A stretch of DNA of 64,000 bases from Candidatus Bathyarchaeota archaeon. Its GTDB lineage: Archaea > Thermoproteota > Bathyarchaeia > TCS64 > PIYN01. Both the position numbers and the translations under genes were made by a program. Below, piece by piece: positions 8,689 through 18,657 of this stretch. The DNA is taken from the NCBI GenBank assembly GCA_003601775.1, contig PIYN01000002.1, positions 203-64,202 on the forward strand, read 5' to 3'. Numbering within the stretch: the stretch's first letter is position 1; every line of letters starts with the position of its first letter. A model generated the notes under the pieces. The model worked only from the letters and a program-made list of their open reading frames with translations, was not told the DNA's origin and did no database searches.

Positions 8689-9758
8689 TCCTCCACGATC
8701 CTCCTCCAGTCAACGTACTCCCCGACGATATCCCTCGTCAGCCTTATCTTCTTCAGAGAGGAAGGAGTGGGGGAGATCCTACCGCTGATCTCCTCCAGCC
8801 GTCTCACCGTGGTGTAGGTATCCTGGGGGACGAGGACTATGGGGATCCCCTTCTCCTCAGCCCTCGTCAGGACGCTCAGGGAGGGGTAGAGGTTCCCCGT
8901 GAGGACCAGGACGCTCATATCCGCCTCGAGGGCGGTGAGGATCAGGTCCGTGCGGTCGCCACCGGTGATGAGGGCGCTCCCAGCGCCCCTCCTCAGCCAG
9001 TTCAGGGCCGATTCCGGGGTCATCGCCCCGACGAGGAATCCCTCCACAAGGCGGTCCAGGTGCTCCCGCCCGGCCAGGACCTCGGCGTTCAGCTCCCTCA
9101 CGAGGTCCTCCACACTCGGCAAGCTCAGCTCCTTCTTATCTGGGACCGCCCCCAGAGACTCTATGCCACACCTCTTAAGGGTGGGTAGGAGGACGCCCCT
9201 GACCCTTTCGATGACCTGTCTGGGGACGAAGTTGATGATGACCCCCATGAGCTCCCCCCCACCCCCCTCTATGAACTTTTTATAGAGGACGGCCTCCTCC
9301 ACGATCTCGTCTCCGCTCCCCTTCACGACGAAGAGGACCTTCGCGTCCAGCTCCCTTGAGAGCCGCGGGACATCACACCCCATGCAGGTGAGCGTCTCCG
9401 GCCGGGGAGGGCCCTCCACGATGACGAGGTCCTTCCCCCTGCTCAGCTCCCCATAGGCCTCAACTACTCTCTCAACCAGCCTCTGCCTCTCATCCGAGAG
9501 GAGCTCCAGATACCATCTGCCGAGGACTATGGGGGTTATCACCTCCAGGGACTCCTTGAGGGAGAGGACCTCCTTCATCGTGACGGTATCTGGATCCACA
9601 AGCCTCCCCTCCACGGTCTTGAGGCCGAACCCGATGGGCTTGAAGTATCCGACCCTGAGCCCGATCTCCTGGAACTTCTGGAAGAGCCCCAGGCAGAGGG
9701 CTGTCTTCCCACTCAACTCGGTCCCGCAGACGATTATGGGGTATGCCAACTCTCTCAA
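8643..9758 (-). CDS. standalone homolog of the phosphotransacetylase N-terminal regulatory domain (BioD-like P-loop + DRTGG domain)
   Basis: IIVCGTELSGKTALCLGLFQKFQEIGLRVGYFKPIG aligns with E. coli Pta N-terminus [37 protein letters not shown]. The DRTGG motif (ITGGDRTDLILTAL) is present. It overlaps the ACD gene by 4 nt, indicating an operon. Confidence 0.6.
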   Translation of the reverse strand: MRELAYPIIVCGTELSGKTALCLGLFQKFQEIGLRVGYFKPIGFGLKTVEGRLVDPDTVTMKEVLSLKESLEVITPIVLGRWYLELLSDERQRLVERVVEAYGELSRGKDLVIVEGPPRPETLTCMGCDVPRLSRELDAKVLFVVKGSGDEIVEEAVLYKKFIEGGGGELMGVIINFVPRQVIERVRGVLLPTLKRCGIESLGAVPDKKELSLPSVEDLVRELNAEVLAGREHLDRLVEGFLVGAMTPESALNWLRRGAGSALITGGDRTDLILTALEADMSVLVLTGNLYPSLSVLTRAEEKGIPIVLVPQDTYTTVRRLEEISGRISPTPSSLKKIRLTRDIVGEYVDWRRIVEDYAEWKRRKRGSSST

Positions 9759-11896
9759 CTCCTCGATAAGGTGATCTTCACATCCACCGCTATACAGCCC
9801 CTCCCTTCCTCATAGGCGAACAGGGGATTTATATCCATCTCCAGGATCTCGGGGAAGTCTGTCACCAGCTGGCTCACCCTGAGGATGATATTCAGGAGGG
9901 CGTTGATATCCGAGGGTTTCTCCCCCCGCACACCCTTGAGTAGGGTGTAGGCCTTCGTCTCCTCGACCATACCTCGAGCCTCCTCCAGGGACAACGGGGC
10001 CAGCCTAAAGGAGACGTCCCTCAGGAAGTTGACGTAGATGCCCCCGAGGCCGAACATGATGAGCGGCCCGAACTGGGGGTCCCTGCTGACACCCACGATG
10101 AGCTCCCTCCCCTGGGGGACCATCTTCATCACCAAGACACCGTATATCTGGGCCCTCGGCATGTACCGGGAGACCCGGGTGACGATCGACCTATAGGCCT
10201 CCCTGACCTCCTCCGGCGAACTGATATTGAGGACGATGCCCCCGACATCTGACTTATGGAGGATCTCAGGGGAGACGACCTTCAGGACGACGGGGTAGCC
10301 TATCTCCTCGGCAGCACGCATAGCCTCCTCCATGCTCGCCGCCATCCTCATGAGGGGGACGTGGATCCCATAGGCCCTGGCCACCCCCGCGGCCTCGTGG
10401 GGGAGGAGGACGACCCTCCCCTCCCTCCTCGCGGCCTCGACGATCTCACGGACCGCAGCTTTATCGACGTCGTAGAAGAACTCAGGCCTACTCTCAGGGC
10501 GCTCCAGGAACTCGGCATACTCTATGAGAGCCGCCAGCGCCCTAACGGCCTTCTCCGGGAAGTTGAAGCAGGGGATCCCATGATCTATGAGGTACCTGGA
10601 GGCCTCCTCCACGCTCTCCCCACCCATGAAGACGGCGAGGACGGGCTTATCCCTCCCCCCGCTGAGCTCCACGATGGCCTTAGCGGTCTCCACGCTCTCC
10701 GTCATCGCCTGGGGGGTGAGGATGACGAGGAGGGAGCTCACAGAGGGGTCATCGAGGACCTTCTCTATCGCTGTCCTGTACCTCTCCGCCCTGGCGTCCC
10801 CCAGGATGTCTACGGGGTTGTGGACGCTGGAGGCTGGGGGGAGCCCCTCCCTGAGCCCCTTGAGGGTCTCCGCGGAGAGGCGGGCGAGCTTCACGCCGAG
10901 CGCCTCACACATATCGGTCGCCAAGATCCCGGGTCCACCTGCATTCGTCACAATCGCGACGCTGTTTCCCCTCGGCAGCGGCTGGGTGCTGAAGGCGATG
11001 GCATAGTCGAAGAGCTCCTCCACACTCCGCGCCATGATGACCCCCGACTGCTTGAACGCAGTCTTGTAGGCCGTGAAGCTGCCCACCATCGCCCCCGTGT
11101 GGCTCCCCGCGGCCCTGGCGCCCGCCGTGGAGGTCCCGCCCTTGAGGACGATGAGGGGCTTCTTCCTTACAACTTCCCTCGCAACCCGGACGAAACGCTC
11201 CCCCTCCTCTATGGACTCCACGTAGAGGAGGATGACCCTGACCTCCGGGTCCTCGGCCATCGCCTCTATGAAGTCTATCTCATTCAAGTCCGCCTTATTC
11301 CCCAGGCTCACGAAGCTGGCGAAGCCTATATCCTCCCTCAGGACCCAGTCCAGGACGGCCGTCCCCAGGGCGCCGCTCTGGGAGATGAAGCCGATATTCC
11401 CCTTCCTGGGCATGGAGGCGGCGAAGCTGAGGTTCAGGGGGGTGTGAGTATCGATCACGCCGAGGCAGTTGGGGCCCTGCATCCTCATCCCGTAGCGTCT
11501 GCAGACCTCGAGGAGCTGCCTCTCCAGGGCGGCGCCCTCCACCCCAGTCTCCTTGAAGCCCGCGGAGATCACGATGACGGCCTTCACACCCTTCTCCCCG
11601 CAGGCCTTAACGACGTCAAGGACCAACGGCGCCGGGATCGCTATGACGGCGAGGTCGACCTCGTCGGGGATCTCCCTCACATCGCTGAAGCACCTCAGGC
11701 CCAGGATCTCCTTCGCCTTCGGGTTGACGGGGTAGACCTTCCCCGGGAACCCTGTATCGATCAAGTTCCTGACGAGGATATGCCCCACCTTCCCAGGGTT
11801 CCGGGAGGCCCCGATCACGGCCACGGACCTGGGGCGGAAGATGGCGCTGAGGATGGTCGAGGGGGACCTCGCCTCAAGTCGGGAAGGGGGGACCAT
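9755..11896 (-). CDS. acd: acetyl-CoA synthetase (ADP-forming), fused alpha-beta subunits (NDP-forming acyl-CoA synthetase)
   Basis: CoA-binding start (RSVAVIGASRNPGKVG), succinyl-CoA-synthetase-like central domains, catalytic His region (GSHTGAM) and a C-terminal ATP-grasp. The ATG at 11896 is preferred over the ORF-track start at 12271, whose first 125 aa lack homology. Confidence 0.8.
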   Translation of the reverse strand: MVPPSRLEARSPSTILSAIFRPRSVAVIGASRNPGKVGHILVRNLIDTGFPGKVYPVNPKAKEILGLRCFSDVREIPDEVDLAVIAIPAPLVLDVVKACGEKGVKAVIVISAGFKETGVEGAALERQLLEVCRRYGMRMQGPNCLGVIDTHTPLNLSFAASMPRKGNIGFISQSGALGTAVLDWVLREDIGFASFVSLGNKADLNEIDFIEAMAEDPEVRVILLYVESIEEGERFVRVAREVVRKKPLIVLKGGTSTAGARAAGSHTGAMVGSFTAYKTAFKQSGVIMARSVEELFDYAIAFSTQPLPRGNSVAIVTNAGGPGILATDMCEALGVKLARLSAETLKGLREGLPPASSVHNPVDILGDARAERYRTAIEKVLDDPSVSSLLVILTPQAMTESVETAKAIVELSGGRDKPVLAVFMGGESVEEASRYLIDHGIPCFNFPEKAVRALAALIEYAEFLERPESRPEFFYDVDKAAVREIVEAARREGRVVLLPHEAAGVARAYGIHVPLMRMAASMEEAMRAAEEIGYPVVLKVVSPEILHKSDVGGIVLNISSPEEVREAYRSIVTRVSRYMPRAQIYGVLVMKMVPQGRELIVGVSRDPQFGPLIMFGLGGIYVNFLRDVSFRLAPLSLEEARGMVEETKAYTLLKGVRGEKPSDINALLNIILRVSQLVTDFPEILEMDINPLFAYEEGRGCIAVDVKITLSRS

Positions 11897-12138
11897 AGGG
11901 GCTTCAAGTATCAAGGAACCCTCCAAGATAAAAACCTTAATCCTCCCGGGCCGGAGGGACAGGTTCTCTGTCCAAGGCTTCGAAACTACATTTTCTATAA
12001 GGCGTCGATATTTTGGGAGGTAGGAGACCCTTGAAAAGGGCTCCTTCACCCTGAAATAGACAGGATTAATGACTGAAATTCCCTCCTCATTCATCGGGTG
12101 GAGGAGGGTTGGACGATCTTTATGTCCATGTAACTGGC

Positions 12139-13110
12139 TCAGGGAGTTGGCTCCCTCAACAGGGCCCTTATGGTCTCCCGTATGGCCTCCCGGCTGTTGT
12201 ATCGGGGCCTCCAGCCCAGGTTCCTCAGCCTCCTCGTGTCCAACGCCATGTATTTCACATCCCCCTTCCATCCCCTCCCCCCCTCGACGCCCCCCGTGAA
12301 GCAGAATTGGACGTCCCTGAGGCCCATCTCCTCCACGACCATCTCGGCTATCGTCCTCACGTCCACACGGTCCTCAGAACCTATGTTGAAGATCTCGACC
12401 CTCCCCTCTGACCTCTCAAGGCCGAGGAGCATCCCCTCCACACAGTCCTCCACGTAGAGGTAGGACTTCGACTGGGTGCCGTCCCCGAGGATCTCCAACT
12501 CCCCCGGGTTCCTCCGTAGTTTCTCGATGAAGTCGTGGACCACTCCGTGATGACTCCTGGGACCCACGACGTTCGCCAGCCTATAGATGACGGCCCTGAA
12601 GCCGTAGAGGTGGGCGTAGGCGGATATGAGGGCCTCCGAGGCGAGCTTCGAGGCTCCGTAGATGGAGATGGGCTTCAAGGGGGCATAATCCTCGGGGGTT
12701 GGGAGGGTCTCTGCTTCCCCATAGACCGTGGAGGAGGAGGTGAAGACGAGGGCCTTGACGCCACGGCTCAACCTAACCGCCTCGAGGAGGTTGTAGGTGG
12801 CGACGATGTTCTGCTTGAAGTGGGCCTCTGGCCTCGCGTATGAGATGCGGATCTCCGGGTTCGCGGCGAGGTGGTAGACGACCTCACTCCCCTCCACGAC
12901 CCTCCTCACCTCCTCCGGGTCCAGTAGGTCGCCTTCCACAAACTCGAAGCGGGGGTCGCTCATCCATCCCCTAAGATTCTCCAACCTCCCAGAGGTCAGG
13001 TTATCCAGGACCCTGACCCTCACACCCCGTCTCATCAGGGCATCGACCAGATGGCTGCCTATGAAGCCCGCCCCGCCGGTGACGAGATGAAACCCTTGGA
13101 GATCCCCCAT
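12139..13110 (-). CDS. NAD-dependent nucleotide-sugar epimerase/dehydratase (SDR family, GalE/UXS-like)
   Basis: Rossmann motif VTGGAGFIGSHLV and the extended-SDR catalytic motif YGASKLASE (YxxxK). Confidence 0.7.
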   Translation of the reverse strand: MGDLQGFHLVTGGAGFIGSHLVDALMRRGVRVRVLDNLTSGRLENLRGWMSDPRFEFVEGDLLDPEEVRRVVEGSEVVYHLAANPEIRISYARPEAHFKQNIVATYNLLEAVRLSRGVKALVFTSSSTVYGEAETLPTPEDYAPLKPISIYGASKLASEALISAYAHLYGFRAVIYRLANVVGPRSHHGVVHDFIEKLRRNPGELEILGDGTQSKSYLYVEDCVEGMLLGLERSEGRVEIFNIGSEDRVDVRTIAEMVVEEMGLRDVQFCFTGGVEGGRGWKGDVKYMALDTRRLRNLGWRPRYNSREAIRETIRALLREPTP

Positions 13111-13120
13111 CCCAATCCCC

Positions 13121-14203
13121 CTAAGAGCCTCTGATGGATGTGAAATATCTGAAGGAGGAGAGGCCGAGGATCATGGCCCCGAAGGCTATGAGGACGAGGA
13201 GGAACATCGCGGACGTGATGAAGCCGAGGACGAACCCCCGGAGGAGGAGCCCCACGGTGATGAGGAAGCCGCCCCAGGCGATGTCTGAAACTCCTCGACC
13301 CCTATAGCCGAGGGCCACGCTCACCCCCGCGAGGAGGAGGTGCCAGAGGCCCATGAGGAGGAGGAATTGGAAGAGCGGCCACAGGATTGAGGCGGAGGGC
13401 ATAATTGGGGGCCCCCACGCCTCCCATCTCCTCAGGTAATCCACCACCTCCGAGGGGAGGCTCGGGTAGAGGAGTAAGATCACCGAGAGGGCTATGAGGA
13501 AGGCGCCGAAGTTGGCCAGCCCGAAGGAGATTCCCCTCTTCTCCTTGGGGGTCTCCCTGACCCTGGGGGGTGTATCTGAGGTTTCAGGAGGGGGACTGTT
13601 CCGGGGAGGGGGACGCCATCGCCTCCCCCTCCTCACGATGACCATCGTCTCGGCCACCTGATCCATGAACCTCTGCCTGGGATCACCGGCCGTGGCCAGG
13701 CCGAGGATCACGTCAAGGAGGAGGAAGGCCCAGAAGACCTTGCTCAGGTTCCTTATGAAGGCAGCGGTCAGGGTCGGTGGCCCGCCCTCCGCCGTGACGA
13801 CCTCCAGGTCCATGGCCTTCTTCCCGAAGGTGTAGCCGTAACTGCTCTCCATGAAGGAGAAGTAGAGGAGGTAGACGAGCCCTGTGATGGAGGGGAACTT
13901 GAAGAGCCTGTTCCACTGACCCATCCAGTTTAGGAAGCCCGTGAAGATGAGGGGGAAGGTCAGGACGGCGAAGAGGACGATAGTGAAGACGAAGACCAGG
14001 AGGGAGTCTATGAAGTAGGCGATGACCCTCCTCGCCCAATACCTCTGGATCCGCCGATCGGAGGCGAGGCGCCCGAAGCCCGCCTCAGGCCTCCACTGTA
14101 CCCCTACCCCCCTCTTGAGGGCTACTCCACAGTTAGGACAGAACCGAGCGTCCTCAGGGACCTCTATACCACAGTTAGGACAGTAGGGCATATCGGCAAT
14201 CAC
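13121..14203 (-). CDS. zinc-ribbon + RDD-family membrane protein
   Basis: N-terminal double zinc ribbon (CPNCG...CPNCG) followed by an RDD-like membrane region (RRVIAYFIDSLLVFVF) and further TM helices. Confidence 0.5.
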   Translation of the reverse strand: MIADMPYCPNCGIEVPEDARFCPNCGVALKRGVGVQWRPEAGFGRLASDRRIQRYWARRVIAYFIDSLLVFVFTIVLFAVLTFPLIFTGFLNWMGQWNRLFKFPSITGLVYLLYFSFMESSYGYTFGKKAMDLEVVTAEGGPPTLTAAFIRNLSKVFWAFLLLDVILGLATAGDPRQRFMDQVAETMVIVRRGRRWRPPPRNSPPPETSDTPPRVRETPKEKRGISFGLANFGAFLIALSVILLLYPSLPSEVVDYLRRWEAWGPPIMPSASILWPLFQFLLLMGLWHLLLAGVSVALGYRGRGVSDIAWGGFLITVGLLLRGFVLGFITSAMFLLVLIAFGAMILGLSSFRYFTSIRGS

Positions 14204-14272
14204 ACCTAAGATTCCGGCCCGAGGTATAAATAGTTAGAGTTCCCACATCCCTGATCCGCCATAGCAGACCCT

Positions 14273-14782
14273 TTAAGGTAGCTCTGGAGGTATGACGGGC
14301 TCCTCAGCCTTCTTAGATAGGAAGTCCACGGCCTGCAGCAGATTCTTCAGGATGCTCAGGAGGGAGAAGATAAGGAAGATGCCGAGTATGGTTCTGAAGT
14401 CTACGGTGAAGACCAGGGCCGAGCCCGGGGGGAGGGGGAGTCCAGCGGAGGGAGTGAGAGTGAAGGTCATGACCCCCCCATTTGTGATGAGCACCAGGGA
14501 TATAATGGAGATGAGGGCCCTCGCCATGCTGAGGCCGTACTGGATGATCGTCCCGTGGAAGAGCTGGATGGCGACCTCGAAGACGAGGAAGACGAGGGCG
14601 AGGTAGGAGAAGCTGAACTGGGTCATCGAGAAGTACTCCCCAAAGGGACCCCCGAAATTCGGGAAGAGGAGGGGAAGCAAGAAGATCTCCCCGCCCATGA
14701 TGAACCCCCAGACCACGGCCCTCAAGACCCGTGGAAGGATCAGCCTCAACCAGTCTCCCACGGTCCTCTCCTCCTCAATCAT
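14273..14782 (-). CDS. hypothetical polytopic membrane protein
   Basis: 169 aa with 4-5 hydrophobic helices. Its start overlaps the stop of the upstream gene (14775..15572), suggesting an operon. Confidence 0.4.
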   Translation of the reverse strand: MIEEERTVGDWLRLILPRVLRAVVWGFIMGGEIFLLPLLFPNFGGPFGEYFSMTQFSFSYLALVFLVFEVAIQLFHGTIIQYGLSMARALISIISLVLITNGGVMTFTLTPSAGLPLPPGSALVFTVDFRTILGIFLIFSLLSILKNLLQAVDFLSKKAEEPVIPPELP

Positions 14783-15572
14783 AGTAGATCCTCCCTAAGT
14801 CGAAGTGGCCGAAGATGGGGCTCTCGAAGGAGATCTCCACATATCCTGCCCCCGTGAATTTCAGGGGGTCCTCTATGACCACCTCGATGAAGTCGCTGTA
14901 CCCATAGCCTGCCTGGACGTGGATTGTCTTATCCCCGGAGCCTATGTACTCCCCTTTATCGTTGTAGACGTTTATGTGGACGGTCCCCTCCACGTCGAAG
15001 AAGGCGTGGTTCTCGAACTCCACGAAGGCCTCAAGCAGGTAGTGAGTCCCGTTGAAGAAAGGTCTCACCTCGGTGATGGAGAAGTTGTAGAGTGGAGCGC
15101 CCCAGGGTATCGAGAGGTTCATCATGGCGACCTGGAAGGCGAGGGCCTCGGCATACCTCAGCCCTAAGGAAAGGCTCATGTTGAACTTGGTGTCCTGGGT
15201 CAGGTCCGTCACGTAGGAGAGTATATCCGTCAAACTGAGGGACATGTTATGCTCTCTCGTGATCGCCGACCCCCTCGGCACCCGCTCCACGAAGGTACTC
15301 GCCCTGGAGATCACCCCTCCCTGAGGGCCCAAGAGGACCGTCGTCACGTTCAACTCGGACATATCATAGTACCCCGTGTTGTTGACGTAGAGGGGGAAAG
15401 AGAGGGTCAGGGTCTCGTTGGAGAAGGAGATCTGGGGCTCACCCCCGAGGCCTATGCCCTGGTTCATAAGGACTGTTTGGACCATGGAGTAGATGGATGT
15501 CGCTAAGAAGGCGAAGAGTAGGAGCATGGAGATCGTTGTAGTCCAGCCGAGTGCCCTGATGCTCTGCCTCAT
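14775..15572 (-). CDS. hypothetical secreted or membrane-anchored protein, probably N-glycosylated
   Basis: N-terminal signal anchor (TTISMLLLFAFLATSIY) and a beta-rich domain with at least 8 N-x-S/T sequons. These features are typical of archaeal surface proteins. Confidence 0.4.
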   Translation of the reverse strand: MRQSIRALGWTTTISMLLLFAFLATSIYSMVQTVLMNQGIGLGGEPQISFSNETLTLSFPLYVNNTGYYDMSELNVTTVLLGPQGGVISRASTFVERVPRGSAITREHNMSLSLTDILSYVTDLTQDTKFNMSLSLGLRYAEALAFQVAMMNLSIPWGAPLYNFSITEVRPFFNGTHYLLEAFVEFENHAFFDVEGTVHINVYNDKGEYIGSGDKTIHVQAGYGYSDFIEVVIEDPLKFTGAGYVEISFESPIFGHFDLGRIYYD

Positions 15573-15608
15573 GGGAGCCTCTTCCCTCTCCTCAATACCT
15601 GGGCGTCA

Positions 15609-15983
15609 TCACTCTTTGATCTTTATATCCAGCTTCTTGCCCTTGACATCCGCGCCGCCCTCGGGCTTGGGGACCTCCCTCGCTTTCACCTCCCCCCGCT
15701 CCACGATCCTCACCCCCGCCTCCTCCCTCCTCGCGGTGACCGTCTGCACGCCCCTTCTCGTCAGGATCGACCCGATCCACCCCATGATGCCGAGGTATAG
15801 CGCCCGGATCGCGTATACGATCAGTGGGGCGAGGGCCTCCCCGAAGAGGTCTATGAGGCTGCCGGAGGAGGGTATCTCCAGGACGCCGATGAGGAAGGTG
15901 TAGGCGCTATAGAAGGTGAAGAGCAGCACGCCGACGCCTATGAAGAGGACGATGAACCCAGAAACCTTGACACTATCCATCAC
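15609..15983 (-). CDS. small membrane protein
   Basis: 124 aa, two to three TM helices and a charged C-terminal tail. It is the first gene of a probable three-gene membrane operon. Confidence 0.35.
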   Translation of the reverse strand: MMDSVKVSGFIVLFIGVGVLLFTFYSAYTFLIGVLEIPSSGSLIDLFGEALAPLIVYAIRALYLGIMGWIGSILTRRGVQTVTARREEAGVRIVERGEVKAREVPKPEGGADVKGKKLDIKIKE

Positions 15984-16110
15984 TAAGCCTCCTCTAACCT
16001 TTCCTCTTCTTTCGATATATAAAATGGATAGGTTCAGAGCCTACTTTAAGCCGGTGAACCTCGTTATGATATTAAGAAAGGGGGGAGAAGAGGCTCGCCC
16101 TGGCTATCCC

Positions 16111-17127
16111 TTAAGCCCTTGAGGGTGTGGCCGAGGGTATGGGGAGGTCCTTCATCGTCTTCAAGCCCGGCTCCGCCTTGATCACCTTCGGTATGGAGTT
16201 TATCGTGATGCCGACGGTGCCGTAGTCGCCGTGGACACAGGGGGAGATCCTCTCCCTGATGGTGGGGACCCCCTCGATGGTGATGGCGTCGTACTCCTCC
16301 TCCGCCCCGATGTAGGCCCGGAAGTCGAGGGTTATAACGGCCTCGCCGCCCCTCACCCCCATCGCCCTCTGCCTCAGACCCGCGCAGTACCCCGCGGGGA
16401 CCTTGACCGCCTCGCTCTCCACAGGTCTCTCAGCTATGACGGGCTCCACAGGCTCCACCCTCACCTCATCAAGCCTCCATCCAAGGGCGTCGGCGATCAT
16501 CCCTATCGACTGCTCGAGGCCCACATGCCCCGTGATCTCGTGGCTGGAGATCTTCCTCTTGAACTCCTCCACCGTGAGGCCCGCGCCGATCTTCCTCTGG
16601 AAGGGGACCCTCCTCGTCGCAGCGTTCATCTGCCTGACGACCTCGATCCTATCCACCCTTATGCAGGGGCCCGTGAGGGTGATTACGAGGGTGTCCATGA
16701 GGAAGCCGGGATTGATCCCCGTCCCCAGGATCGTCACGCCCTTCTCCCTCGCGAGCTTGTCCAGCTTCTCGGCCAGCTCCCTCTGCTCCTCCGTCACGTA
16801 GGGGTAGGAGAGCTCCTCACAGGTCGAGACGACATTCACCCCATGCCCCAGGATCTTCACGAACTGCGGGTAGGTGTCCCGGAGGTAGGAGGTGGTGGTG
16901 TGGACCACGATATGGGGCTTCGCCTCAGAGAGCACGGCATCCGGGTCGTCGGAGATGATCACCCCCAGGGGCTTCTTCCCTATCAGATCCCCGAGGTCCC
17001 TCCCAACCTTATTGGGGTCGATGTCGACTGCCCCCACGATCTTGGCCCACTTCTTCTCCAGAAGAGCACTCGCCATCCGCCTGCCGATCGCCCCGATCCC
17101 ATACAACACAACCTTTACTTCTTTCAT
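16111..17127 (-). CDS. DapB-like NAD(P)-dependent oxidoreductase (dihydrodipicolinate reductase N-domain / amine dehydrogenase family)
   Basis: N-terminal Rossmann start (VVLYGIGAIGRRMA) and an overall layout resembling 2,4-diaminopentanoate dehydrogenase-like enzymes. Confidence 0.5.
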   Translation of the reverse strand: MKEVKVVLYGIGAIGRRMASALLEKKWAKIVGAVDIDPNKVGRDLGDLIGKKPLGVIISDDPDAVLSEAKPHIVVHTTTSYLRDTYPQFVKILGHGVNVVSTCEELSYPYVTEEQRELAEKLDKLAREKGVTILGTGINPGFLMDTLVITLTGPCIRVDRIEVVRQMNAATRRVPFQRKIGAGLTVEEFKRKISSHEITGHVGLEQSIGMIADALGWRLDEVRVEPVEPVIAERPVESEAVKVPAGYCAGLRQRAMGVRGGEAVITLDFRAYIGAEEEYDAITIEGVPTIRERISPCVHGDYGTVGITINSIPKVIKAEPGLKTMKDLPIPSATPSRA

Positions 17128-17258
17128 CTTAGCTCACTAAGAAGAGGGGGGACCTCCCTTATACTTTTCGCAGGTGAGAGAGATAGATCATCCCGAAGGG
17201 GATGTTTTTTATACAAAGATGGGATATTTTAGAGGGTTCAAGAAGGGAGGAACATCGG

Positions 17259-18605
17259 ATGAGGATCGTGATCATCGGCGGCAACGCCGCTGGCCTCAAC
17301 GCTGCCTCAGCGGCGAGGAAGACGAATCGTGAGGCTGAGATCGTCCTCATCGAGTCTGAGGATAAGCCCGCCTACTCCAGGTGTGCCATACCCCATGTCA
17401 TCTCGGGTGAGATAGACTCCTTCAACCGCCTGATCGTTTACCCCATGAGCTATTACAGGATGATGAAGATAGACCTGAGGCTGGAGACCACGGCAAAGTG
17501 GATCGATGTGAAGGAGAGGCGGGTAGGCATCGAATACGGCGGAGAGGAGGAGGTCATGGATTATGACAGACTCATCTTAGCCACGGGGTCGAAGGTCTTC
17601 ATCCCCCCGATCAAGGGGAGGGAGCTGCAGGGCGTGTATGCGCTCCGGACGATAGCGGATGGGGAGAGGCTCCTCGAGGTAGTGAAGAGAGCCTCATCGG
17701 CCGTGGTGGTCGGCGGGGGCCTGATCGGGCTTGAGATGGCCGTCGCCCTGAGGCAGAGGGGATTGGAGGTTACGCTTGTCGAGATGCTTCCGCAGATCGC
17801 CCCAAATATGCTGGACGAGGACATGGCCCAACTCCTCCAGAAGAGGCTGGAGGGAGGGGGGATCAGGATCTTCACGGGGAGCAGGGTCGAGGAGATCGAA
17901 GGTGGGGATCGAGTCCATAGCGTGAGGTTCTCTGGGGGCAGAGCCGAAGCGGACCTCGTCATCATGGCCACAGGGGTGAGGCCCAACACAGATCTGGCGA
18001 GGGAGGCGGGGATAAGGATCGGGGAGACGAGAGCGATCCGGGTCAATCAACGGATGGAGACGAGCGCGGAGGACGTCTATGCGGCGGGGGAGTGCGCGGA
18101 GGCGATAAACCTGGTCACCGGCCGCCCCGTACTGAGCCAGGTTGGGACCACCGCCGTCAAGGAGGGGAGGGTAGCGGGGATCAACGCGGCCGGTGGATAC
18201 ACCACCTTCCCAGGCGTCCTGAATAGCTCCGTCTCAAAGCTGCTCGATGTAGAGGTGGGGTCGACGGGGCTGACGGAGAGGATGGCGGAGGCTCAGGGGC
18301 TTAAGACGATCTCGGGGAAGGTCGTGGGGAAGACGAGGGCGAGATACTATCCGGGGGCGAAGGACCTCTCGGTGAAGCTCGTCTTCGATAGGGAGACCCT
18401 GAGACTTGTCGGTGCACAGATTATAGGGGGGGAGGGGGTGACCCATAGGATAAACACCCTCTCGATGGCGATAAGGGCGGGGATGGACGTATGGGACCTG
18501 GCGAAGGCCGAGAACTGCTATACCCCACCACTCTCGGAGACCTGGGAGCCGAGCCTTCATGGAGCCTCGGAAGCTGTTCTGTCTAAGTTGCTGAGGAGAC
18601 GATAG
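17259..18605 (+). CDS. CoA-disulfide reductase / NADH oxidase (pyridine nucleotide-disulfide oxidoreductase)
   Basis: FAD motif (IVIIGGNAAGLNAA), a redox-active single-Cys motif (YSRCAIP), a second Rossmann (VVVGGGLIGLEMA) and a dimerisation domain. The start at 17259 is preferred over the ORF-track start at 17202. Confidence 0.7.
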   Translation: MRIVIIGGNAAGLNAASAARKTNREAEIVLIESEDKPAYSRCAIPHVISGEIDSFNRLIVYPMSYYRMMKIDLRLETTAKWIDVKERRVGIEYGGEEEVMDYDRLILATGSKVFIPPIKGRELQGVYALRTIADGERLLEVVKRASSAVVVGGGLIGLEMAVALRQRGLEVTLVEMLPQIAPNMLDEDMAQLLQKRLEGGGIRIFTGSRVEEIEGGDRVHSVRFSGGRAEADLVIMATGVRPNTDLAREAGIRIGETRAIRVNQRMETSAEDVYAAGECAEAINLVTGRPVLSQVGTTAVKEGRVAGINAAGGYTTFPGVLNSSVSKLLDVEVGSTGLTERMAEAQGLKTISGKVVGKTRARYYPGAKDLSVKLVFDRETLRLVGAQIIGGEGVTHRINTLSMAIRAGMDVWDLAKAENCYTPPLSETWEPSLHGASEAVLSKLLRRR

Positions 18606-18657
18606 CTCCTTAGAGATTCCTTTCATCCCCCCGAGGGATACGATGACCTTCCCTTAG

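Noticed and set aside
10256-12034. 592-aa ORF on the + strand
   Set aside because: Entirely antisense to the well-supported ADP-forming acetyl-CoA synthetase. Its composition is the P/R/G/H/E/D-rich pattern produced by reading GC3-rich codons backwards, and no motif is present.
11897-12271. N-terminal 125-aa extension of the ACD ORF (ORF-track start 12271)
   Set aside because: The extension has no similarity to ACD N-termini. The conserved CoA-binding domain begins right after the internal ATG at 11896.
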